Shown: piece by piece, positions 1-8,847 of the stretch
Layout of the letters: the number at the start of each line of letters is the position of its first letter
Position numbering within the stretch: position 1 is the stretch's first letter
Virus record (IMG/VR): IMGVR_UViG_3300033066_000778
Location: 1 to 64,000 of that record
Direction: 5' to 3' (one strand)
DNA length: 64,000 nucleotides
DNA from: a virus
Lineage: Duplodnaviria; Caudoviricetes
Program-made: the position numbers and the translations under genes
Notes under the pieces: generated by a model
Databases searched by the model: none
Told to the model about the DNA's origin: nothing
Seen by the model: only the letters and a program-made list of their open reading frames with translations

Positions 1-1721
1 GTTTCCTTTACATTTACTCCCGTGTCAACGCTAAAACCGGGTTCTCCAGTTTTAAGCATCTGACGCACGGTACTCCAATAAATGGATTGAGCCTGTGCAT
101 GTAGAGGGTGCTTTTCATTATTGAATGCTTTAAAGAAGTCGTCATCTAGCTGGATTGAAACGTTAGTTCCATCGAGCGTAGCGGGGAAATCAAAGTCTTT
201 TTCCTTCAGTGCTCTTACTTCTGGGATCCAGTTCTTGACAGTAACGAACTTTTGGGCATCAGCGTGTTTCCAACTCAACCCTGCCCAAATAGCACTACGA
301 CGAGAGCCACCCTGCATAATACCCCTACCACACTCATTAACCATCTTCATAAGTGCAATAGGTCCAGTTGCTCTTCCACCCGTTCTACGAATTAGTTTTC
401 CTTCAGGTCTAATTTGACTATAGTCTACGCCAATACCTGCTCCGGTCATAAGGGCCATTGCAGACTTATAGAGTAAGTCAGACCAACCTTCTCTTGAGTC
501 TTCAGCACGAAGGAGGAGACAATTAGATGTAATAATACCATTAGCTAGTACAAAACTTTGTGTTTCAGGTGCAACTACACAATACACAGGTTCATATTTA
601 TTAGTGTATTCAACAGAAAGTACTTCTATTGAAGTATTTCTGTAAACTAGTTGTCTATCCTTAACATTATTAATATGATTAGGTAAAATAAGAGGCGCAG
701 AAATAGGCTTAATAAACACAGTACACATTTCTCTTTTTTTACCATTATAAGGATTTTTAGTAGAAGAAATACGAGTACTTGTTACAACGCATCCTGCTAA
801 TACAGCTAATTTTGCTATATTTTTAGCTTTCTTTAATCCCTCACAGTTAATCATTACTGAACCTGTTTTTGAAACACAGCCGTCTGTAGCAATTAATCCA
901 GCAATAAATCCTCTTGCGTAAGATTCCGTACAATCATTTAATGTTGGTAAATATTTATAATGTAAAGGTTGCAAACTAACTATTGTACCTCTTTTTGTTT
1001 CTCTAACAGTATTAATTTTAATTTTAGCACCAAAACCAACTGTTACTTCTCTTTCTTCTTTACTGAAGTAAGAAACAAGATGCTGATCTTTTTGAGGATT
1101 AACAAAAATTATTTGAGAATAAGCGTATTCTTTTGTCTTTTTGTTCTTAATCTTATGTCCGTCTCCAAAAATAATACCGTGTTTAATACCTTCAGGATCT
1201 AATTCTGGAAAATGTGTGGGACAACTTAGGAGTACTTCTTCTAAGGAAGAAGTTGGAACCCTGGAGTCATCTTTTTGCCACCATAGATGACCTTCTGTGG
1301 TATAAATAATATCATTATTCGCAAGAACAATTTTTACAATTTCCTGTTCTCCAAAGCATTCTACATAAGCTTTTTCCCATCTGTTATGTTTATTTCTTAC
1401 ATAAACAGGATTATTTACTGTTTCTTCAAAGGTTTTTATACCATTACTAGTGACAAATTCAGTGTCACCTCTAAAACAATTTTGAACTTGGTGTATTGGT
1501 CTACCTGTGGCGTATAGGTATCTACCTCCTGGTAAGAACTTTCTCCTGTAGATAAGATCCTTTACTTCCATGATTACATTACTTGGAACATCAATAGACT
1601 TAAGAACAGTCTTAGCTACTCTTGTCGCTACGTCTTCCCATGTCTCTTTTTCCCCGTCTTTAAGATCATGGGCGTATTTTTGATTTAGAATTGACTTGGC
1701 GAAGAAGCTCATTTCAGTCAT
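1..1721 (-). CDS. nrdJ: Ribonucleotide reductase large subunit, probably class II (NrdJ-like), intein-containing, 3'-truncated by the window edge
   Basis: Absent from the ORF track; translated by hand from the ATG at 1721: MTEMSFFAKSILNQKYAH..ETWEDVATRVA..KFLPGGRYLY..QN|intein|CLLLRAEDSREGW..GAGIGVDYSQIRP..QGGSRRSA..TNVSI..TGEPGF. No ATP-cone. Class assignment is inferred. Confidence 0.88.
   Translation of the reverse strand, partial: MTEMSFFAKSILNQKYAHDLKDGEKETWEDVATRVAKTVLKSIDVPSNVIMEVKDLIYRRKFLPGGRYLYATGRPIHQVQNCFRGDTEFVTSNGIKTFEETVNNPVYVRNKHNRWEKAYVECFGEQEIVKIVLANNDIIYTTEGHLWWQKDDSRVPTSSLEEVLLSCPTHFPELDPEGIKHGIIFGDGHKIKNKKTKEYAYSQIIFVNPQKDQHLVSYFSKEEREVTVGFGAKIKINTVRETKRGTIVSLQPLHYKYLPTLNDCTESYARGFIAGLIATDGCVSKTGSVMINCEGLKKAKNIAKLAVLAGCVVTSTRISSTKNPYNGKKREMCTVFIKPISAPLILPNHINNVKDRQLVYRNTSIEVLSVEYTNKYEPVYCVVAPETQSFVLANGIITSNCLLLRAEDSREGWSDLLYKSAMALMTGAGIGVDYSQIRPEGKLIRRTGGRATGPIALMKMVNECGRGIMQGGSRRSAIWAGLSWKHADAQKFVTVKNWIPEVRALKEKDFDFPATLDGTNVSIQLDDDFFKAFNNEKHPLHAQAQSIYWSTVRQMLKTGEPGFSVDTGVNVKE
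522..1478 (-). mobile_element. Intein (319 aa) with LAGLIDADG homing endonuclease, inside RNR
   Basis: In-frame insert starts CFRGDTEFVT, has block B TTEGHLW and LAGLIDADG motifs HGIIFGDG and GFIAGLIATDG, ends VYCVVAPETQSFVLANGIITSN, and is followed by Cys. More AT-rich than its flanks. Confidence 0.92.
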
Positions 1722-2185
1722 TATTTTTCACACTTTCTGCGTACTCGTGCTTTACTTCTTAGCCTCTCACAAGCTTTGCATATAGGAATGTAACCAGTTA
1801 ACGCACGAGAACTCTTTTGGAATAAGCCTAAATCCATTTCTTTACTACATTTCGTACACGTTGCATTATTTAATAACAGGTTAATTGTTGATTTCTCCTT
1901 AGCTACGTTAAAGCTTAACTCAACTATCTGTATATTATCTAATGTGTAGTCTTTAGCTGCGTCTAGCCGGTCTAAAGATGGCCGAACTAAACTAAGTATC
2001 TTTTCTTTTTGCTCCGTACAGAAGTTCTTATACTCCTCTCTAGAGAAGCAAATAAGTATATTATCGTAGTATTTAGATTTACTTTTCGTACTATACTTTT
2101 TGTACTTTCCGTTACCTGCACGAATATTCAGGTTTCCCCAACTACTATGTATAAAATTACCTAATTTAGTTCGTTTATGACTCAT
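1721..2185 (-). CDS. HNH-like endonuclease with C-terminal Zn ribbon (putative free-standing homing endonuclease)
   Basis: PSLDRLD..DYTLDNIQIV..FNVAK beta-beta-alpha-Me-like motif; CTKC..CKAC; AT-rich. Confidence 0.65.
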   Translation of the reverse strand: MSHKRTKLGNFIHSSWGNLNIRAGNGKYKKYSTKSKSKYYDNILICFSREEYKNFCTEQKEKILSLVRPSLDRLDAAKDYTLDNIQIVELSFNVAKEKSTINLLLNNATCTKCSKEMDLGLFQKSSRALTGYIPICKACERLRSKARVRRKCEK

Positions 2186-2631
2186 TTCTTATCAGTACTT
2201 CCAAAACCGCCTGTGCCACGAATAGTATCAGATAGCTCTTCTACCTGTTCGAAATCAGCTTGTACAACAGGAGCAAAAACTAACTGTACGATTCGCTCTT
2301 GAGAGTCAATGAAAACACGCTCTTTACCAACGTTAGCAATAATTGCTTTAACCTCGCCACGATAGTCACTATCAATCGTACCAACTCCATTGACTAGGAC
2401 TAAACCCTTTTTTGCAGCTAGGCCAGAGCGCATCCGTAACTGTGCTTCATAACCTTGAGGTACTTCGATAAATACCCCAGTAGGAATGATCTTGATTTGG
2501 TTTGGTTCAAACCATTCTGGAAATTCAATACAAGCGCAAAGATCGGCTCCAGCAGATCCGGGTGTAGCATAGTAAGGAACTGGTAGTCGTAGATGATTAA
2601 ATAGGTCAGATACCTTAAACTTTACTTGCAT
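2182..2631 (-). CDS. dut: Trimeric dUTPase
   Basis: Motifs AGADL, RSGLA, GTIDSDYRGE, RIVQLV, RGTGGFGST. Confidence 0.97.
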   Translation of the reverse strand: MQVKFKVSDLFNHLRLPVPYYATPGSAGADLCACIEFPEWFEPNQIKIIPTGVFIEVPQGYEAQLRMRSGLAAKKGLVLVNGVGTIDSDYRGEVKAIIANVGKERVFIDSQERIVQLVFAPVVQADFEQVEELSDTIRGTGGFGSTDKK

Positions 2632-2653
2632 CCTACCTCCCCATAATGTAGGT

Positions 2654-2685
2654 AAAAAGGAGGCCCCATGCTAGACGGAGCCTCC
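2654..2685 (-). terminator. Intrinsic terminator upstream of dut
   Basis: Minus strand reads GGAGGCTCC-GTCTAGCAT-GGGGCCTCC followed by TTTTT. Confidence 0.8.
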
Positions 2686-2706
2686 GGAATAATGGTAATT
2701 TCTTTT

Positions 2707-3102
2707 TCACTGCACGGTTAGTTTGTCAGAAACTGTGATTTTTGCTTTATCCTCTTCAGGATGTAATAGGCTTTGAGGTACTGTAGCATTGATATAGAAG
2801 TCCACAGCATTATGAAGTACAGAAGCTACGGTAAATGGATCAGTAGCAATTACACGATTAAGATTGAGTAGTTGCTTGTAGCCGATGTCCGGTTCGGGTG
2901 ACTTATACAATGCACTTATAACTTGATTTTGCTCCAGCGTAGCTCCCGTGGCTGTTGCGGCATTCCACCCAAGAACAATATAGAAACAAAAGGTATCTTC
3001 ACCTAGAACACCATTAAGCGTATGTTCAATATGCTTAATAGCATTGGTAAGATACTCTTTTGCTTCCTCTTTGGTTTTAGGAAGCGTATCATCCTTCGAC
3101 AT
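2707..3102 (-). CDS. Hypothetical protein
   Basis: 131-aa ORF in operon orientation, overlapping the upstream gene end. Confidence 0.75.
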   Translation of the reverse strand: MSKDDTLPKTKEEAKEYLTNAIKHIEHTLNGVLGEDTFCFYIVLGWNAATATGATLEQNQVISALYKSPEPDIGYKQLLNLNRVIATDPFTVASVLHNAVDFYINATVPQSLLHPEEDKAKITVSDKLTVQ

Positions 3103-3652
3103 TTACAGGTTCCTGTGTTGGAACTACAGCGTCCATACCAAACTCTTCATTAAGAGCTTCAACTTCTTCCGCTGTAAATTCAGTTGGATTCTGCGTTATG
3201 TAACGGGCAAGTCCGAAATGCTCAGCCTTAGCCTTTAGTTCATGTTCGGGTACAGAATTCCAAGCCCGTACGATATCAATGCGCTCTCGGATTGGCTTCT
3301 CAGAATGTTCACCAGGAGGATTGATTGTATCAAGGAAAGCGACGAAGTCGAGCGTCTTCTGGAATTCTAGTTTGAAGTTCTTTTCAAAGTCGGGTACAGC
3401 CTTCTCAATGAGCCGTACCATTGTATCAAGCTGAAGACCGTTTAGTCTTGCCATATGACCAATACGTCCAATCGTACTAGAAGAATACTGGGCTTGACCA
3501 TGAACTAGCTCAAGGAGCTTTTCCCACATCTTCTGCATATCAGACAACATTTCAGCCCTCGTAGGCTTACCCTGTAGATACTGATCTGCTTCGCGGGAAC
3601 TACCGAAGTTAGGCATGTTTCCAAGATTTACGTCTAAATTACTCATTCTCAT
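3089..3652 (-). CDS. Hypothetical protein (possible paralog of 20896..21345)
   Basis: 187-aa ORF coupled to its neighbours. Confidence 0.75.
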   Translation of the reverse strand: MRMSNLDVNLGNMPNFGSSREADQYLQGKPTRAEMLSDMQKMWEKLLELVHGQAQYSSSTIGRIGHMARLNGLQLDTMVRLIEKAVPDFEKNFKLEFQKTLDFVAFLDTINPPGEHSEKPIRERIDIVRAWNSVPEHELKAKAEHFGLARYITQNPTEFTAEEVEALNEEFGMDAVVPTQEPVNVEG

Positions 3653-4343
3653 CCTCTATTAAGTTGTCGATCATGTCTTCTAACTTGATCTTAGCTGTAT
3701 TTTTGGGATCTTTTTCTTTCTTTTCGAAGATATGCCCTGTTTCCAATAACATTTCTTCACCATCACGTCTTGATAGGTCGATTGCCTCTACGTCGAGTTT
3801 AGGTAGTGTTCCCTTAGAGATCTTAGCAGTGAAGTCAAGTAAGGATTTCTTTAATTCCGTTACCTTTTCTAAGTCTTCAAGGAATAACCTTAATCGTGGT
3901 ACTGAGATGTAACAACGATGTGCTTCTTTCTCGTCATCAGTAAGATCATCCCAGTTTTCTGGTTTATCCGGCCAGTCCTCAAAGTTTCTATATTTGAGGT
4001 CACCGTCAAGAGTACGTTCAATCTTGATTCTATGACTGTATTGAATCGCTTCAAGCATAGCAAAAGAATGCTGGTAGAGATCTCCTACTTGATATGAGAT
4101 TTCTCTAGTAACACGCTTTAGTGATTCTTCAGAACGGCGGGAAGAAGTAATGTCTCTTTTTGAAAGCCAACCATACCTTGAAGACCTAGACTCAATCGTA
4201 GAAATAGGAATACCAGTCTTTTCTGAGATCTCTCGTAGAGATACTTCAGTGTTTTCGACTAGATTCTTTGCTAGACCCCAGGCTTCTTCGGTATACTTGC
4301 TTTTAGGACCGGGTTTACCGATCTTGATTATTTCATTACTCAT
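3639..4343 (-). CDS. HTH DNA-binding protein, possibly terminase small subunit-like
   Basis: N-terminal HTH SLREISEKTGIPISTIESRSSRYGW resembles TerS N-termini; function inferred. Confidence 0.5.
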   Translation of the reverse strand: MSNEIIKIGKPGPKSKYTEEAWGLAKNLVENTEVSLREISEKTGIPISTIESRSSRYGWLSKRDITSSRRSEESLKRVTREISYQVGDLYQHSFAMLEAIQYSHRIKIERTLDGDLKYRNFEDWPDKPENWDDLTDDEKEAHRCYISVPRLRLFLEDLEKVTELKKSLLDFTAKISKGTLPKLDVEAIDLSRRDGEEMLLETGHIFEKKEKDPKNTAKIKLEDMIDNLIEDENE

Positions 4344-4896
4344 TCTTAGTTTCTTTGCTCTGACGGGCCTTTACTTCCTCAGCGTCAAAAAGGAAAGTGC
4401 TATCAAGATAAATTACTTGATCCGCTGACTTCTCTAGTTCCTTCTGTAACGAGGACGTAAAGGATAGGACAGTAACCTTTTTCCCCGATGCTTTAGCTGC
4501 GGCGACTACGGGGCAAAAGAGTCCATTACCAGAAACAATATATAGCTTGTCATAGAAAGGGAGAGTTGTGAGAATATCCCAAGCCATGGATCCAGCCCAA
4601 GAACGATTCTTAAATTGAAATCCTTCATTTTCAGTCTCATTTACTGGCTTCTTAACTACCTCCGCAAACTTGCGCATAATCGTGTAGTTATTGTTCTTGA
4701 GAAACTGAACAAACTTATGGTCGTCATGGAAAGGGGAAGCAAGAATATACGCTACTTTTTCTAGTTCGTCAGAAGCGTCCTGTTCCTTAAGGAAGTTACT
4801 GAGCTTTACGTAGTCCATTCGAGCTTGTGGGCCGTACTCTGCTCTCGCAGAAAGGAAAAGGGTTTGTACGTCGATAATTGCTAACGCTTTTGGCAT
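4336..4896 (-). CDS. NYN/LabA (PIN-fold) domain protein with degenerate active site
   Basis: AIIDVQTL..DYVKL..IVSGNGLFCPVV..GKKVTV..LEKSADQVIYLD. Start moved to MPKAL (4896), which follows an AGAGGAG SD. Confidence 0.8.
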   Translation of the reverse strand: MPKALAIIDVQTLFLSARAEYGPQARMDYVKLSNFLKEQDASDELEKVAYILASPFHDDHKFVQFLKNNNYTIMRKFAEVVKKPVNETENEGFQFKNRSWAGSMAWDILTTLPFYDKLYIVSGNGLFCPVVAAAKASGKKVTVLSFTSSLQKELEKSADQVIYLDSTFLFDAEEVKARQSKETKNE

Positions 4897-4907
4897 TATT
4901 ACTCCTC

Positions 4908-5417
4908 TTATATATGGGAAAGAAACGTTTCCCACGTAAATATAACTACACCGAGATCATCTAAAAAGAGTTCTACTGAGGCTTCTTCATAATTAAGATC
5001 CCTTGTTTTCATGGAGTATTCTCCATGCCCGTAAGTATCATAGTCCATCATTACGAAAAAAGGCATCCGATTCTTAGTGAAGACTAGTATAACTGGGGCA
5101 TCTTTATCATACTCCGGGTCAATACAAAGCTTCTCTTTTGCTTCCTTGAACCACTTATATGGTTCCCATTGCTCCTTTCGCATAATTCCATCGAAAGACC
5201 AACCGGCGTCATTTCTTGATTTGATTTCTACGAAGAACGGAAAACGCTTACGATGCTTCGGATGTATCCACAGGTCTGCTCTAGTAATGAGGGCACCAGA
5301 GGCAGGAGTACGGCGTAGCTCTCCACCATACTCAACACCGAGCTTATCTGCGATGTCGTGAGCTACAGATAACTCGTTTCTTTTTCCTTTAGCCTTACCG
5401 TTTACCTTTTTCTTCAT
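4908..5417 (-). CDS. Holliday junction resolvase (Hjc-like PD-(D/E)XK)
   Basis: KAKGKRNE..RTPASGA..ADL..FVEIK. Confidence 0.8.
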   Translation of the reverse strand: MKKKVNGKAKGKRNELSVAHDIADKLGVEYGGELRRTPASGALITRADLWIHPKHRKRFPFFVEIKSRNDAGWSFDGIMRKEQWEPYKWFKEAKEKLCIDPEYDKDAPVILVFTKNRMPFFVMMDYDTYGHGEYSMKTRDLNYEEASVELFLDDLGVVIFTWETFLSHI

Positions 5418-5596
5418 ATAGCTAGTAGACTTAATTCATAGTGTTCATTACAGAGATTAGTACAGGTCTTATCTCCAAAAAGTTCAGAGAGATAAGGATC
5501 TGGTCCATGATGATCAGAAAGAGCACCACAGATGTCACAATAGTCTCCGATCTTTTGGTTGCAGTTATTGCAGAATTGGTTTGGTTCGTAGGTCAT
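5414..5596 (-). CDS. Small Cys-rich Zn-finger protein
   Basis: CNNC, CDIC, CxxxCxxH; overlaps both neighbours. Confidence 0.65.
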   Translation of the reverse strand: MTYEPNQFCNNCNQKIGDYCDICGALSDHHGPDPYLSELFGDKTCTNLCNEHYELSLLAI

Positions 5597-5721
5597 AGAT
5601 ATTCGTACGTTCCGAGGTCACTAAGGACTTCTTCTTCGGGTTCGTGGAAGTCTACAGCGAAAAAATCATCAGGGAATAGAATATTTCCGATTACACGTAG
5701 GATAAACTCTAGGATAAACAT
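5593..5721 (-). CDS. 42-aa small protein (not in ORF track)
   Basis: AAGGAG SD, then MFILEFILRVIGNILFPDDFFAVDFHEPEEEVLSDLGTYEYL*; ATGA overlap with the next gene. Confidence 0.7.
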   Translation of the reverse strand: MFILEFILRVIGNILFPDDFFAVDFHEPEEEVLSDLGTYEYL

Positions 5722-5731
5722 TTTGGCTCCT

Positions 5732-7927
5732 TTACTCGGAGAGTTTCTGTCCGACCTTATTCTTTTCTAAGGAAGAAACGCCATCTCTCTTTGTAATAAC
5801 AAAGGCAGTGTCGAAGTATTTCTTGATGTGTGACGAGTGCGTAATTAAGAAGATACTTTTATCTTCCAAAGAACGCAATAATTCAATTAAGTGCTCGATA
5901 CCTGCCCCATCTAATGTATCGAATACTTCGTCAAAAATCAAGGTGTTCCATTCACGAGTTGAATAACTCTTTACAAGGTCTTGAATAGCGAGAAGAATGC
6001 AAACGTCAATACGCCTTCTTTCCCCGTCACTGTTTCCATAATATACTTTAGAACCATACATATTCTCGGCGGTGACAGACAGTTTTTCTCTTGCCTCTCC
6101 TGACTTAAGAATTGTGATAGGAGAGATGTTGATTTTAATCGTTCCACCTGTTAGGAAGAGGGAATAGTAATTAGCCCTCTCTGTGAGGAACGGAAGCGAC
6201 GACTCAAGGATGAAGGATCTAATGCCTTTTGGGCCGAAGCCCTCATTCCAGAACTCAAGCTTATCTTTGTAGTCGTAAGCTTGTTTTAGCTTTGTCTTAA
6301 GGCCAATAACATTTTGGTTTATACTATCAAGCTCACCTTGGATGTTACGAGCATTCTGTTCACAGTTAGAAATAAGCATTTTCTTTTCTTGAATCTTAGC
6401 TTGTATCTGGGAAATAATACTATTTAACTTTGAGATTTCAAGAATGTTATCTGAGAAACGTTGCTTGGCGTCAGCTACCTTATTATTGTACTCAGCATGG
6501 ATAGCTTGTGATATTTGAGTATAGGCAGCATGGAGTTCTCGTTGCTCTGATGCTTGATCTTGCTTAAGATTTAGTTGTTCCTTACTAAACTCTTTCTCAA
6601 TATTAAGCACAGCAGCAGAGTACCAGTCTTGATCTTCTTTTTCCTTTTCCTTGATCGCACGAAGAAGATTAAGTTGTGTAGCAACGATACCTTCATTAAA
6701 CTCTTTTAGCTCTGTCTGAAACCTATGTTTTAGCGCCTGGAGTTCCTTCTCTTCAGTAAGCGCCCTGTGAAGCCGTTGTTCGTAATGCTCGTCAGGAATA
6801 GCCATATCACATTCCTGACAGGTAGTCATACCTTCTTGCTTCCTAATCTTACTAACTAGAGACGCGTTATTTCGGATCTGATGGTTTAACTCAGCTTCTT
6901 TCTTTAGAAAGCTCTTAGTCTCTTCATCTACCTGGAGAGATAGTTCATCTAATTTCTTTTTAGCCTCCTGTAGGCTATTACTTCGTGATCGTCGGGCTAT
7001 AGTTACTCTATCTAGTAATGCATCCTTATTCACGATTAAGAAGGTCATCTTCTTCTTATACTCTTCATCGAGAGCAAGAAGCTTTTCAGAGTAATCTTTC
7101 TTTGCCTCAGTTTGTTTATTTGTATGTTCTTGTACGAGACCGTCAGCCTCCTCACGTAGAGAGGGAGTCCTTTTTTCTTCCTCTTTTCGCATACTTTCAG
7201 CCATATTAAGCTGAACTTGTAGTGCTTTAATTTCTTCTTTAGATCCGGTAATAAGAGACTCTGACGAATTCTTTACGATCATAAACTGTTTTTCTTTTTC
7301 TTCTCTTAAGTTATTATAAACAGACAATTTAGCATCACTCGTTTCAATAATAGATTTAGTCTCAGAAAGGGACTCTTTAACTTTTGTCAAGATAGTATCA
7401 AAGGATATGGTCTGAAGAATCGTATCAAGAAGATCTTTTCGTTCTTCATCAGACGCAGACATAAAGAACTTAGTTAGTCCTTTACCAAAGAACACAGAGT
7501 TAGTGAATGCTTTGAAGTCTAGTCCTAACCACTTATCTATATACTGCTGAATATCTGTAGAAGAGTCAGCTGGGAAAAGTGGAGTACCATCGAGTGTGGA
7601 AGCACTGACGATGGACTTTGTCTTCATCCGATGCCTAGAAATGAGAACAGGGCTAGACCCGTCTTCAGGATCTAGCCTAACTGTTACTTCCATTGTAGAC
7701 TGACCGTTACGAACTACATCATTGATAGTGGTTTCGTTTCTAAGGAGCTTTCCGTATAGACACCATGTCACAGCCTCAAATAATGCACTCTTTGCAGAGC
7801 CATTTGAGTCATAACACTTATTGTCTACGTTATTTCCGAGAATAAGATTAAGTCCGGGCTTATCCAGTGAAAACTCAATCTTTTTAATCGACATGAAATT
7901 TTCGATTACAATATCAGTTATTTTCAT
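5732..7927 (-). CDS. sbcC: SbcC/Rad50/T4 gp46-like ATPase
   Basis: IENFMS, Walker A SNGSAKS, coiled coil with CQEC Zn hook, signature SDGE, Walker B IFDEVFDTLD, ITH. Confidence 0.93.
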   Translation of the reverse strand: MKITDIVIENFMSIKKIEFSLDKPGLNLILGNNVDNKCYDSNGSAKSALFEAVTWCLYGKLLRNETTINDVVRNGQSTMEVTVRLDPEDGSSPVLISRHRMKTKSIVSASTLDGTPLFPADSSTDIQQYIDKWLGLDFKAFTNSVFFGKGLTKFFMSASDEERKDLLDTILQTISFDTILTKVKESLSETKSIIETSDAKLSVYNNLREEKEKQFMIVKNSSESLITGSKEEIKALQVQLNMAESMRKEEEKRTPSLREEADGLVQEHTNKQTEAKKDYSEKLLALDEEYKKKMTFLIVNKDALLDRVTIARRSRSNSLQEAKKKLDELSLQVDEETKSFLKKEAELNHQIRNNASLVSKIRKQEGMTTCQECDMAIPDEHYEQRLHRALTEEKELQALKHRFQTELKEFNEGIVATQLNLLRAIKEKEKEDQDWYSAAVLNIEKEFSKEQLNLKQDQASEQRELHAAYTQISQAIHAEYNNKVADAKQRFSDNILEISKLNSIISQIQAKIQEKKMLISNCEQNARNIQGELDSINQNVIGLKTKLKQAYDYKDKLEFWNEGFGPKGIRSFILESSLPFLTERANYYSLFLTGGTIKINISPITILKSGEAREKLSVTAENMYGSKVYYGNSDGERRRIDVCILLAIQDLVKSYSTREWNTLIFDEVFDTLDGAGIEHLIELLRSLEDKSIFLITHSSHIKKYFDTAFVITKRDGVSSLEKNKVGQKLSE

Positions 7928-8846
7928 TCAGACTCTTAAAAAAGTCAGTTAGCGTGGTATCGTTGAAATTGACCCTGTCAACTGACGTACTGGACTTAGC
8001 GTACTGTTGCTTAACGGCATCAATATACATGGTGTACTTACCATCATTACCCATGAAGCAACGCGACCACGTTTTAGCATCAAAAAAACGTTTGATATTA
8101 AGTTGCTCTAGAGCAAGATTATCAAACGAAAAAACAAAACCTTCCTGTCTGAGATATTTTCCGATCTTCGTATACCAATCGTAATGTTCCGCGACAAGAA
8201 ATGGACCTTTTTTATCAGCGAACTGAACACCCCTTCCGAATGTCTTGTAACCAAGAATAAGAACCTTAGTTTCTTCAAGACCAACAAGCCTAGTAAGTCT
8301 GTTGAGTTCTGGAAGACAGATGTCGATAGGAGTTAGTCCGTTAATTACGTGGAATACAACATTAGATGTTTTTGGAAGATTATTCGATACTTCCTGTATA
8401 GCAGAAGGAGATATCGAAGTCATTGAAATACCAATACCGTAAACTAGGCATCTTTCCGTAAGCTCTCGTACAAGGTCAGGATATGTACAAGCATGAAAAG
8501 CATTAATGGTAATATTCGGTATGTACCCTTTTTCATTAAGTTTCTCTAGGAAGGGAATAAGCGATGGGTGATCGAGGGGATTACCACCGCCAATAGCAAG
8601 CTCAACGCCAGGAGGGAGTTCAGACAGAACATCAAGAAGTCGTCCAAGATCCGCATGTTTACCTTTCTCGGTTGAACTTTCATGACAGAAAGAACAGCCC
8701 AAATTACAGTAATCTGTTATTTTAACATCCATTGATTCAGGATGTGTCAAAATGGCAGTATCACCATTTGTTACTCGAATTTTAGTACCGTCATTATAGA
8801 GCTTTACTTCAGTATTACCGTTTGTGTACTCAGCAATGATACTCAT
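7914..8846 (-). CDS. Radical SAM protein
   Basis: ITDYCNLGCSFCHE (CxxxCxxC) and AIGGGNP; no SPASM cysteines seen. Confidence 0.92.
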   Translation of the reverse strand: MSIIAEYTNGNTEVKLYNDGTKIRVTNGDTAILTHPESMDVKITDYCNLGCSFCHESSTEKGKHADLGRLLDVLSELPPGVELAIGGGNPLDHPSLIPFLEKLNEKGYIPNITINAFHACTYPDLVRELTERCLVYGIGISMTSISPSAIQEVSNNLPKTSNVVFHVINGLTPIDICLPELNRLTRLVGLEETKVLILGYKTFGRGVQFADKKGPFLVAEHYDWYTKIGKYLRQEGFVFSFDNLALEQLNIKRFFDAKTWSRCFMGNDGKYTMYIDAVKQQYAKSSTSVDRVNFNDTTLTDFFKSLNENN

Positions 8847-8847
8847 A

